This document shows, in pieces, positions 41,774-53,600 of a stretch of DNA of 64,000 nucleotides. Source of the stretch: Tubulanus polymorphus (lineage: Eukaryota > Animalia > Nemertea); NCBI RefSeq assembly GCF_964204645.1, contig NC_134029.1, forward strand, positions 5,146,001 through 5,210,000, given 5' to 3'. Every line of letters begins with the position of its first letter. Position 1 is the stretch's first letter. The notes under the pieces are model-generated. The model saw nothing but the letters and a program-made list of their open reading frames with translations. It was not told where the DNA came from and did no database searches. Both the position numbers and the translations under genes were made by a program.

Positions 41774-42442
41774 GTGTTATGGTAAGATGTGTAAAAACTA
41801 TTGTATAAATTACGAAAATTTGTGTATTCTGTTCTATTCTCACTGTCTCAGAGAATTCTTGAAAAATAAAGAAAGGTTTAGTTAAATCATATGAGTACTG
41901 AATAGCTATATGTTCTTCGTCACGGATCTAAGTCTGTTCTACCCAAAGGTCGCTTGAAGATTATCTTGTCGAATCGACGTTTTTATTAAGATCTCAATCT
42001 AGATTCTCCATTAGATGAAAGAAAAAGATTTAAAAGGTTCGATGCGACAACGATAGCCAGTGAATAAATCCTTCAACTTCAGTTCAGCAAGAGCGTTCGA
42101 ATTAAATCATTGAAAAATGTTGTAAAGACGAGACATAATGTTAATCGAGAAGTCTGGAATATCGACGCTGTTCGTATAGTCTTGTCCACGAGTGAGTTTT
42201 AATCCTAAAAATCAGACGAAACTGAATGTGCAAATCCTCCAGAAAAACCGCAAAGCAAAAATTACTAGTTTATGGAAGAGAATGAAAGAAAAAAGATATC
42301 GACAAGTTGAATTTTTCGTTATTTCATTTAGTATATTTTGACACAAAAAAAGAACAAACAAATATGTTACACTGGAAGTTACAATGAATGCCTTGCAGCA
42401 GTTTTATGTACAAAAAAGTCACTGAAGAATGCTTTGATAGTT

Positions 42443-43579
42443 CTAGTAAGGAGAATACCGCGGAGGGAAGATCGGGTTTTGATATCTACATTGCGACCAC
42501 GTAAGTTCGTTACTGGGGAAACAATCATTAGAATCACCGGTATGATTATATCCGGATAATTCGTTATAAAACGGAATGTCTGAATTATAGAACTGATCTC
42601 GCAGCTGAAACTGCGGATAATTCGAGTAATTTCCCAACATTGTCGATTGGAAATCGTTCATTCCGAAATCGCAACTGGTTTCTTCGTAATTCGGCACGCG
42701 ATTGTCAATCCCAGGAAAGAATGACCACATCGGATCGACAGTAGTCGATAAGGCAGCCGGCGGCGGAGGCTGCCTGGTGAATGTGGGTTCGTGCTGGTGG
42801 TCGCTGAAGTTAGGGCGATGAGAGATTTCAGCGTTACCGAAATCAGGAACACTAGCATCACAGCTGAACAAATCAGACTCATCGCTTTCGCAATTATCTA
42901 AATCCGTATTGTTTTGCTGTCTCGTTTTGATTTCGATGATATTCGCCAGTTCGGTGTAATATTTCGGACTAATGCACCAGTTATTGCCGCGGGTTCGACC
43001 GCGGCCGTTTTTCACGAATCGTTGGCTCATCGAGAGCGTGTGTCGCACGCAGTTTTTCCACCGGCACGATGCGGTCCGATAGAACGGAAAATTCGTCTCG
43101 ATGTAGCGGTAAATGTCGTTGAGTTGCATTTGACGATCCGGTCTGCTGACGATAGCCATAGCGATCATAACTGTGTATGTAAGATCGGGCCGTTTCGACT
43201 GCTGGTCGTTATCCGGTGCTGCTACTGCCGCGGATGAATCCGTATTAACAGCGTCCTGTAAAGCGGGTAAGTTGAACGACAAATCGGACGAATCAGACGA
43301 ACTATCCGGACTGGAACGACCGGAAGACGACAGCGAACATGGCGGTGAAGAACGATCCAGTTGGTCGTTCCAGTTGTTCCATCTATGCTGATAAGCGTCG
43401 AAATTGATAGATGGCGTATGCTGTATCACCTCATTTCTACAACAATCGGTCTTCTGTTCATATCGTGGTACCGTCGGAGCTCTGGCCGAAGCTGTCGGTA
43501 AACTTGGCTCATCCGGCATCATCATCATAGTTGCGGCGACGAGTCTGGTCAATTCTTCCGGAATCAAATTCGGCAACAT
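42443..43579 (-). CDS. intronless forkhead-box transcription factor, divergent FoxQ2-like, 378 aa
   Basis: Forkhead domain KRPDLTYTVMIAMAIVSRPDRQMQLNDIYRYIETNFPFYRTASCRWKNCVRHTLSMSQRFVKNGRGRTRGNNWCISP. The short wing FVKxGR...GxxWxIxP resembles FoxQ2; the subfamily call is an inference. Confidence 0.88.
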   Translation of the reverse strand: MLPNLIPEELTRLVAATMMMMPDEPSLPTASARAPTVPRYEQKTDCCRNEVIQHTPSINFDAYQHRWNNWNDQLDRSSPPCSLSSSGRSSPDSSSDSSDLSFNLPALQDAVNTDSSAAVAAPDNDQQSKRPDLTYTVMIAMAIVSRPDRQMQLNDIYRYIETNFPFYRTASCRWKNCVRHTLSMSQRFVKNGRGRTRGNNWCISPKYYTELANIIEIKTRQQNNTDLDNCESDESDLFSCDASVPDFGNAEISHRPNFSDHQHEPTFTRQPPPPAALSTTVDPMWSFFPGIDNRVPNYEETSCDFGMNDFQSTMLGNYSNYPQFQLRDQFYNSDIPFYNELSGYNHTGDSNDCFPSNELTWSQCRYQNPIFPPRYSPY

Positions 43580-43625
43580 AATTCGGTTCGATGGTCTGAT
43601 GTTTATTTGACGGCAGAGATTTTTA

Positions 43626-43663
43626 AACTGATGAAGATGATTCCGTTGGGCCGAGTTTATATA
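43626..43663 (-). promoter_or_regulatory. TATA box plus initiator core promoter of the forkhead gene
   Basis: TATATAAA at 43663-43656 and TCAGTT at 43631-43626 on the minus strand. TATAAA starts 32 nt before the initiator A, which lies 50 nt upstream of the ATG. Confidence 0.7.
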
Positions 43664-44373
43664 TCAAAACGAGAGAAAATTCGTTGATGACGGCTCAAAC
43701 TTTTACCCACATCAAACGGGGCCGGCGAAAGAGGGTCTAACGGACTGTGCTCAAAACAACCTCGCGCGGCCCGCTTTCATTTAAACTATAGAGTAGTAAT
43801 TTCCTTGAATCATATGTATGATTGCGATGTTTGTAACGGTTTGTCCCCCGTAAACGGTACGTTCAAAGGCGCTATATAGGTAATAAACGGATAGCTAATT
43901 ATATGCAATTAATTGTATTACGTAAGGCACAACGAGGTCTATCTTTTCTTTAACTATGAAACAATGCGTGTGAGTGGCCATCACGTTCAGGTAAATTACC
44001 CCCAGAATTACAGGTGATTAGAATTTTCTATTTGGATTTTCACATTTATTAAAATACTTTATTTCTCTATAATAGGACGTACGTGTTAATCCAGAGACAA
44101 ACATTAATCGATTAATGGGCAATATCAGTTATATTCAGTCAGTTTTTGTTTTCATCATATCTTGACTGGATGCAGAGTAAAGTTATGATTTCATTTCAGA
44201 TTCTCTTCAGATTTTCCCGTTAATCAGATATGGTCTAATCCTTCAAATCTATGCATTTCCGCCGCATCCTCAACGTATCGCGTAGCAGCTACCAGGCCTC
44301 GATCCTCGGAGAAATGTTCACAATAAGAATCGAAAGGAAACTACATTTCTATCTGAATAACAAAATTATTGTC

Positions 44374-44379
44374 TTTATT
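44374..44379 (-). terminator. candidate polyadenylation signal of the anoctamin gene
   Basis: AATAAA on the minus strand ~230 nt past the stop at 44609. Confidence 0.5.
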
Positions 44380-44608
44380 CTTGAAAATAACTGGTATATA
44401 AAGTATCAATAGCAGTCAATATACTTTTAATAATATCAATAATAATAGTTATATAACAAGTAAATATAAAATCATTATACTATAACAATAGAATTTCTAC
44501 GCGTTACAAAATAGCTTCTTCGAAATTACGAAATACCGCTTTTCGCCCCTGAATTCTGGTAAACATAACGAAAGTCACTAAAACTTGATCGATACCTAAA
44601 ACTGAATG

Positions 44609-47600
44609 TTATAATAGCGTGGTTTGACTCGAGTGACGCCCTTCACGGGTCAGCGAGCTGGTATCGTCGCCATCGCTATAAGTCAATGCTTCGCCACTTT
44701 CTTCGTCAACCACGGTGCCGCTTTCCGGTGAGAGTGTAGACGCGCTTCTGCTGTTATTTACCGGAAAATACGCTATCGGAGGCGTCTCCAGTTTCGGTAG
44801 AGACTTCAATTTTGATTTATCCTCCAGCGGCAAGTCGCCAGGATCCAGCGGCGGATGGTTATCCATCATACTGTACATTCGTCTAACGCTATAATTTCGC
44901 TCACATTGTCCTCTGCAAAAAGATTTAGAAAAAGAATGAATTTTCTTTCACGTGAATACAAATTAGAAGCATTGCTTCGGAAAAAAAGAAACAAAAATAA
45001 CGTATTGAATATGCCATTTCTAATTTCAGTTTTTTTTTAATGATATTAATATTATTCTATAATATATTCAGTGAGAAAAACATGTTCGTTACAACGATAG
45101 ATATAGTTGAATATGACAAACGAATATAAAAAATCAAGCGCCAGTTCCACGCTGTTTAATTTCAATTCTATATGTACAAAATCTTAAATATAATTCTAGT
45201 GAACTTGGCACCAGTTTTTTTACACCCGCATAGATCATATTGAAAACAAATGGTGTAGTTAGCATCACACGGAAGGAAGGGAACTCATAAGCTCACGAGA
45301 CGAGTTGGCCTCACCGAATTCGAAGCCACGTTACCAGTCCAAACCTCTATACTTGTCTCCCGAGTCCCGCATTATCATCGTGGATTTTAGAGAAAGCCAC
45401 AATTATTTTAAAAGTGGACTATTTGTGCACGCGTCATCCCCTTTCGGAAGTGCAGTCGGTTAGGTGTATCTCGGAGGAAACTCTCCAAGGTTATATTGAA
45501 TGGAAAGTTTTTCATACCGAACCTAGATTATAAATGAATTATTAACTAGCTCCAAACGTGCAATTAAGCAAGCCAAATTCCACACAAGCCATTGGGTTTA
45601 GTTTTCGGTTTCGGTGAAATGACCGATGTTTTACCTCACACCTAAATTATCCAGTCCATTCCAAAATCACTATCTACATCACTATCTGCAAAAATTAATG
45701 AACCCACCAATGAAATTTTGTACGCAATTTCCTTTCGAAAGGTTATTCTTTAAATAAATTATGATGGGAAAAAATCACTCGCCACAAAAATAATGGCATC
45801 AGAGGTCTGGAAAGGGCTCAAAACAAAAAAAGTCGCCCCAGTCAATATTATTTCTAAATTGCCTCGAAGAAATTAGGAATAAGAAAATAGTAGTTAATTC
45901 TTTGACAAATATTTGAGTAAGTGACTTAAAGCGGCGGCTTCACAGAGGGTAAAATAACGATATATATACAAAGCATGAAAGCGAGATGTAAAACAAGAAG
46001 AATACACAATGTGTTTAAAGCAAAACATGCATGATAGATATACAAGCATTGTAGAATTCAATGGTGGCAGGCTGGATGGATAATATACTATATGAAAATT
46101 GTCAAAAATTGCTTTGAGAAGATGACTCATCAGTTGGTATCAAAAAAGAAAAACAAAATCTGAAAATCAGGGCCCAGTTTTATAGACTGGTATAACCTTT
46201 AACCCGGGGGCTAACTCAATCGATAATGAATTGAATTAGCCCCCGGGTTAAAGGTATTACCTGTCTATAAAACAAGCCCCAGTTGTTCAACACAAGAAAT
46301 CTGAATAATTTGATCAAAATATATATCAAGTTGTTAAGACGATATTTGTTTTTGGATACGAATTGACGAGTCATTGATGTGGCTTAAAGACCGAAACTTA
46401 CGACGTTTGGCTTTTAAAAAGCAATCAAGCAAAAAGAAACAACGAAATCCAAACTTACAAAAACCTCATACTAAAACACATTCAATAGGTCGAAAGACAT
46501 CTAATTAAACAGTCGGGTTTGTACTCGTATAGTACCTTCGAGGATTATAAGCACCATGGTCGTATTCCTCATCCGACCCTTCGTAAACAGGGTCCCGACT
46601 AGCCGGAACGATATTCGGGAATGGGTCGGATAAAGGTGGCACTGCTCGAGCCAATGCCGATATAGTTTTCATACTTTTATCGCCACGTTTTTTTCGTTTC
46701 CCCTCTGAAAAAACGACAGTGTAATAATCTTCACCGTATCAATATCAATGTCAATTATGTGCTGTTGAGCCTTTTTTGTAAATAACTCGCATGACGAACT
46801 GGATCCGCCGTTGAAAATTTCCGTCTTTCCTCCCTCCTCCTTTGGAAAATCTAACTGTTAAAAATCCACCATCCAAGCTTAAGAGGCTGATCGATCAAAG
46901 CTCCACGCCTTTCACTCGATGGAGTTGGAACTGACTAACAATTCAGGCAAGAAAACATGGGAACCTGCTAAGATTTCATGACAGGGATATAATCTTTAAC
47001 TGGAACAAAGAAGTAAACTAGTTTGACGGATGGAGAGAGACGGGAGGAGTTCATCTGGAAGCGGATTGTTTCATATGATTTTTTGCTAACTACCGTAGAT
47101 AGAGGGTGATAGATGGAGAGAATAGAAATACACACAAAATACATATTCGCTTTACAAGAGAAAGACATTCGATTTATAGTTTATATCAAGAAGACGAACG
47201 TACAATGGCGGCCGAGTCTTTGCATGCATTAATAAACATAGTAACTATTATTACGACATGTCTGAAAATATCAAGTACATCCGAAATATGATTATGCACA
47301 CGATACCGAGGATTATCAAATAACTGCATGCTCCTGAATAAGTAATGACGTCATACAAGCTTGCGCTTGACGTAATGTTCATAACTTCAATCGGCGTAAG
47401 GTCAAGGTTGATAATGTTGAGGATGATTATTTTCCATATAAAAATGGTAAACAAATCTTGAGTTGATTAGAAGGCGTTTTCTTCTTGTATATTCGAGAAT
47501 TTGCTATATAGATTTCCTATATAATTTCCTATCCCAGTCCCTGCCTGTGCATCCAACCCGTGATTACATTAAAACGATATGATGGAATTTATCCCAATTT

Positions 47601-50600
47601 TATAGAAGTGTCATTCAAATTACCTTCGTCCCCAGATTTTCTGTGTTTTCGATGTTTTCTCGGTGAACCGCTAAATAGAAATGATCAAATAGAATATCAT
47701 TGGATTTGAATAAAAGATTTAAGATATGTATAGATGATAAAATGCAGCAAATTGAAATTCCCTCTATCACCTAAATTACATCGGTGAACATTGTTTGATG
47801 ATATGTTTGTTGATTCATTGAATAATAAAGACGCATTTAATGACAGACAAACAGATAATAATGACTATTCTATAGAAAGTACCTAGAGCGATATCGTTAA
47901 GAGATTCAAGCATAATGAGAAGTTTACGATGAGAGCAAAACGGATATTTTTGTCATCAAACGTGCAGGATTACCGGTAATCACTGTTTCGAGATTTAGAC
48001 ATACATCATACAACAAGGTTATCGCTTAGTTAGAAAGTATCCTAAAGATTCTAACTTACTCCTCCGTATGGTGGTGATCTTTTTTCTTCTTTCGTCTCCT
48101 ACGCAATTTTCCATCTTCATCAGTACTGGAAAAATAACGCAACAGAAATGACAGGCAGAAAGGCATAGCAGCTCATCGCTGTCCATGCAAGGAAATATCT
48201 AAAGCTTTTCTCAAGTAATTGTTAATGATAGTATATACTAGAACACTTAGAAGGATAGCATATTGTAGAGTCTATGAAGAAGTTAAACAAGTTGAGGATA
48301 CCAACTAATAACTAATGACCGCTATAGATCTTATTAACTGAAGATTAAGATAACTAAAATAGTAACCCAGTTTCACACTCAATACGTACTAATATTTTCG
48401 TGGTGGTGGCACATTTTCCTCGATGATTCTTGCAACTTGCCATTTTTCCTAAATCGTAGCAAAAGAATTCAAATTCATTCAGATTAGCATATCACATATG
48501 ACATATGGATAAATACAATGGCAGTTTAAAGAATAAGTCTATTTCAAAAATTTCAGTAAATCTACCAACAACTTCCTAACATTGTTTGTTGATTACTATT
48601 AACCATGATCTACAGACTCACCCTACGTGTGGCCAATCTGACATCAGATGGTACGTCGGGAATCACAAATGCAATGAGGAACTTGATTGCAAACACGATG
48701 TGCTAAATCACAAAGACAATCAAAACAAAATCGTGATTATACAAATAGATTTCAGGTGAATTGATGAAAAGTGTGATCATCCAGGAAAGAGGACACATGC
48801 AAGATACGGCACAAAACATACTGAATCATAAACATTTTAAAGAGAATTGATAAATTCATTTGGTGCGTGATTACTTCAATTATTCGTAGATGAAACAATT
48901 GCAAAATCAGACGATGGTTTTGAAAATCACCACGCAAAAGATATACATGGCAAAAAAGCATTCTTAACCAACAAGACTCAAAACGATTTACAACAATTAT
49001 CATAATCCATCAGCCTTCTGAAGACAACAGGGTGGCATCACTTTGTGATGGTAATTGGAAATGCCACATTTTCAGGATGGGCTTCTTAGTTTGTTTTCTT
49101 CGAATTTGTCTCCAGAAGCGCAGGATAAAATGGCGCGTGTCTTACCCGTCTCATTCTAAGCGAAACCTCGCGCGATTGATCAGGTAACAATACTCGCAGA
49201 ATGAGTTTAACTGCAATAACTACGTGCTGAGTAAAGGCAGCACAGAAAATAATTAAATATCTTATAAATTGAATCTTAACCCTCAATTTCAACTAGTGCA
49301 TATTGATAACAAATTAAATATTTTCCAAGTAGCAAAGCCAATCAGGATATCAATTTTCATGCAGGAATTCTAATTTTTTTTTGTCATTATCCTATTGGGC
49401 ATAATCTCTTTTTGCAAACATCGTTCGAGTTTTATTTTAATTCACGAAAATCAGGAAAGCACCAAAGTGATTTTTTCATGGTGGGTATTGATTGAGGTGA
49501 ACAAGGAAACCCATGCATGGCAGTGTGAGTATTAAAACCGATTTGCAATCAGAGAAATCTGAGAAGGACAGGTCAACAATAGGAAGAAGCGCTGGTACTA
49601 GGGTAGAGGTTTCGGTCGGCTAATTAAAATTTAGATTGATTTGATTTCTCGATTCAATCAAATATGTAAAATATATATCAAACAGAAATCTAAAGAGCCA
49701 ATTAATGATATCAATGTGAATCATGGGAACTTGCACCCTATAGATGGCATACCCGTCGCTCACAGAATTGTACTTGGTCACTTTTGTCTGGAATGACGAA
49801 CCTCATCGTCAAAGCGATGCCACAAACGATATGCTGAAAATTTCAAACAGGACAGCATGCAGTTAACTCAAGTCTCACTGCAAAAACCTTACATACTGTC
49901 GTGACATTCGGTGGACTAAACATATAAGTTAATTGAAAATTGTAATAAGATTTTATTGTGCGCACGTGAATCAGAATTACTCTAAAATCATATCAGTAAA
50001 CTAACATAGCGCGACAACTGTGCATCGATTAAAATATGATTGAAAAATGTATCATACAACAAATCTTAATTTCATGAAATTTTCATTATGGGCCCAATGC
50101 TCGTTGAAATTCATATTATCATGATCCAGTTTAGAAGTAACATCTGCTATGAATAAACAATCAAAGTGGTTCATATTCCTCCACTTGTGTACATTCTAGA
50201 ACAGTTTTCAAAGCATTTTCAAAATGAACATATGAAGGGTTAGGGTTAGATTGAATAATTCTCTTTTCAAAGATGTACATCATGATTATAATGTCAGTGT
50301 TAAATATCAGGCACCAATTCTATTAAGATGCTAGCAAAATTGAAATGAATTAAACATTTCTGGAACTAAATCTGCTGTTTCTGGCAGTCTTCATAATATT
50401 TGTAAGGTGACAAAGTGGTATCATCAGTGCAAACAACATTAAGTTGTTACAATATACCAAATAAGAATATACCAAAAAAACATAGAACATACCTAAGTAA
50501 GTGTTATGAAGTGGTGTTCATTTAATACATATTCATATCTTTGAAAAACACAGATTTTGTTTGGAACACATTGAGTAGTAATACACTGTATTTTGTCTCA

Positions 50601-53600
50601 AACTTACCTCGAATACTAGGACAAGGGCTAATTTTCCAGCGAGGTCATATTGTTTACCGAATGACGCAGTGAATGCGATTAAGAAAGCATTGCTAACAAC
50701 TCCGCAAACATTGACGAATGTTAACAGTGCATACCACATACCTATAAGATAAGCCTCAGTTAAAAATCGGGTTTGGAAATCTTATATGTATGAAGATTTG
50801 GAATTCATTCGAAGTTTTGAAGTTTTCTGTGAGCATTTTGGTCTATTATTAGTCAAAGGATATTTTTTTGAACAATCTAACCATGACAATCAATGATATT
50901 TATAAACCTGGTGCAAAATGAGTTCACAACGCACCACACATATTTATAGCATATTCAAATTAGTTACATAAATTAACATAATTTCACGAGGAGGCTTATA
51001 TAAATTTTGAATAATTAAGAATATTCTATATACCAGTGTCAGAGGATATACATTCATAAATTTCAAAATGGATTAAATAGAATTTTGTTTGTTGGTTTTG
51101 CAGCTACAAGTCAAGTGAGCCAGATACATTAAAACTCACCGATGTCCTGAGCCATAAAACTAACCGGGCGTCTGTACCACCACAACAAGCGTTTAGCATC
51201 GACCCGTATGTCGAATAGATTCGTTAACAAAGCGATAAGAGGAGCGAGAGGGAATGACGCGGCAAACAACTGAAAAATGATACAGCAAAATTTGTCTCAT
51301 TACATAAAATGCATGGCAATAATGCATACCTTGCTGGTATTAAAACTTGATATACCAAACACTTTGACAAGGTTCTTTAACCTAGATGAAAGTTAAACAA
51401 ATAAGGTCTTTAAATCGTTAACATGACCTAATAAGCTTTCATTACTAACCATTAGGTAGCCGTATTGAATTACTTTTTCAGTATATTCGCCGAGCGTAAA
51501 ATCTCCTAGTTCCGGTTTTAAACGTTCCCTCTCAATATACTCATTCAATTCATCGATCGTGTCGAGGTCTTGTATTTTATTGCCTCCTTTTCGACATTTT
51601 CTGATCATCTTTTTCACGAACCTGTATATGTGATGGATAGAGAATAAAATCAGCTTCGCTAGGATAAGACCATCGGGACCCAGTTCTACAGTCATTAGGC
51701 AAGTTTGACTAATAGGTTAAGATTAATTTAGTTCCAATGTATTGGTTGAAGTGTCAAATTTTAACCTTGAGATCTGTGAAATGGATCCTGAAGATAAGGC
51801 AGAATTTACGACAGTGCTGCTTACGGCAATACGATATCCTTGATTAATTTCGGGAAGGGTTTCATGAGCATTAATACGAGTACTTGAAATGACAACTGTG
51901 ACATACAGTTGTTGTCCGTCCCGCACGTATCGCGGTACTGTGACCCTGCATTTAAAATACCAGATGGCCAATAGTCTTGCTGCAAATATCATAGTACAAC
52001 TATTTGAATGAAAACCAGTTAGTTACAATCTCATGTAAACAAGGAAGGCGTCATAAAAAACTTACGCTTCTGAAGAATGCTATATAAAAACATGATGCAT
52101 AGGAATTGACAAATTGGAAGGAAAACATTTTAATGATGAGAGCGTCATCATAAGCTGTCTTCGTTCTATGATTCTCTGAAATGGATAAAACGAACTAATG
52201 TAGTGGAGCGTGCTAGGAAAGAGCTGCTTGAGCTCAATATCAATACATGAGAGCTCGCGATTCCTATTTGAGAGTGCTAGCGCTTTTCATAGATTACCAT
52301 CAGGCACGAAATTGGAAAAAATCTGTTTCATTATTCATTAATGATGATGAAAAACATACCCCAATCCGTGAGTTTCACAGCGAGAAAATCATACAACTGA
52401 AAACAAAAATATCATAGGTAAATAAAGTGAACACCGGCAACGTAATGGAATAGTGGATGGAATGAAGCTGGTGATGATCACATTTCTACATTGGTTCAAT
52501 CGAGTTCTGATTCTACGATAGCTTCAACCTTGAAGACAACACCATACGTATATAGTAGTTCAATACTTACTTTACCGAGAAGTAATATAGAAATGGCGTT
52601 GAGCAATGATGAACATATAGTCGAAGCCAGTAAACATTCGATACCGGATAGTTTTCCGCTGTTACAGTAATCAACGTCTAGAAAAACCCGATAAACAATC
52701 ACTGCAACAACGCTGATTATCACCATCAATATCTACAAAAAATAGAGTAGAAATCGTCAGATCGTTTTTAGAATTATCAATACCAACAGAACCAGGAAAT
52801 AATAGGAGACTTAAAACTCAACTGACCAAATAAGAGTAAAAAACATGCTTACCATCAATAATACAAAAGAAGCAGATACGAAAAATTTGATGAGCTTTCT
52901 ATTAAGTGGATAATAGTGCGAGTCTTCTTTAGTTACTGGATCCTAAAAAACAACCATCAATACAAGAGACTACATTTATTAATAATGTTCTTGAGCACCG
53001 AAGTTGTTATAGATTCATTAGTGTCATCTGAAGTTGACAGTATCTACTGGAAGCAATGAATAAATCATATCGTTGAAGTTATATCAGTTGCATAATACTT
53101 GTATACGATGGAAGCATATCTTATGCATTACACATTGGTTAAGTTTATCCATAGTTAACTGCATAGCAATTCAAAAGAAGATTATCGATAATCATACTAA
53201 CTGGCCGGGTTTTTGTGCCAACAAATTCAGGACGATCTGGCTCACTGATTTCAAAGTTATCCACATCCCATTCATAGGCTAATGTGGCATTTTTACGCTT
53301 CCATAATTCAAGAAAGATTGTACCTGAAAGTGAAACATAATTAGTCAATAATCTCTATCGTGTGAAAACTTATGGTTTATCACTTGTCACTTACCCCATA
53401 AACAAATAATCAAGGCAAAATATGGCGTGATCTCATTATCAAATGATTCCTTGATTACAGAAAGAACGTCTTTGAAAGTTTCGACCAGCCTTGATGAAAA
53501 TTTGAAAACAAGTTTTAGGACAAGAACAAACGGATAGATATATATTTGAAACCATAAAGATGTTGAAATAGAAGTTCTTACTGTGAAATACTTGTTTGAT

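Noticed and set aside
42658-43610. ORFs overlapping the forkhead gene
   Set aside because: They are antisense or alternative-frame shadows of a GC-richer coding exon.
51723-51992. 89-aa minus-strand ORF and an apparent missing TM6 exon of the anoctamin
   Set aside because: The ORF is in the wrong frame. The real exon 51979-51825 (QDYWPSG...KDIVLP) overlaps it in another frame, so the gene is complete.
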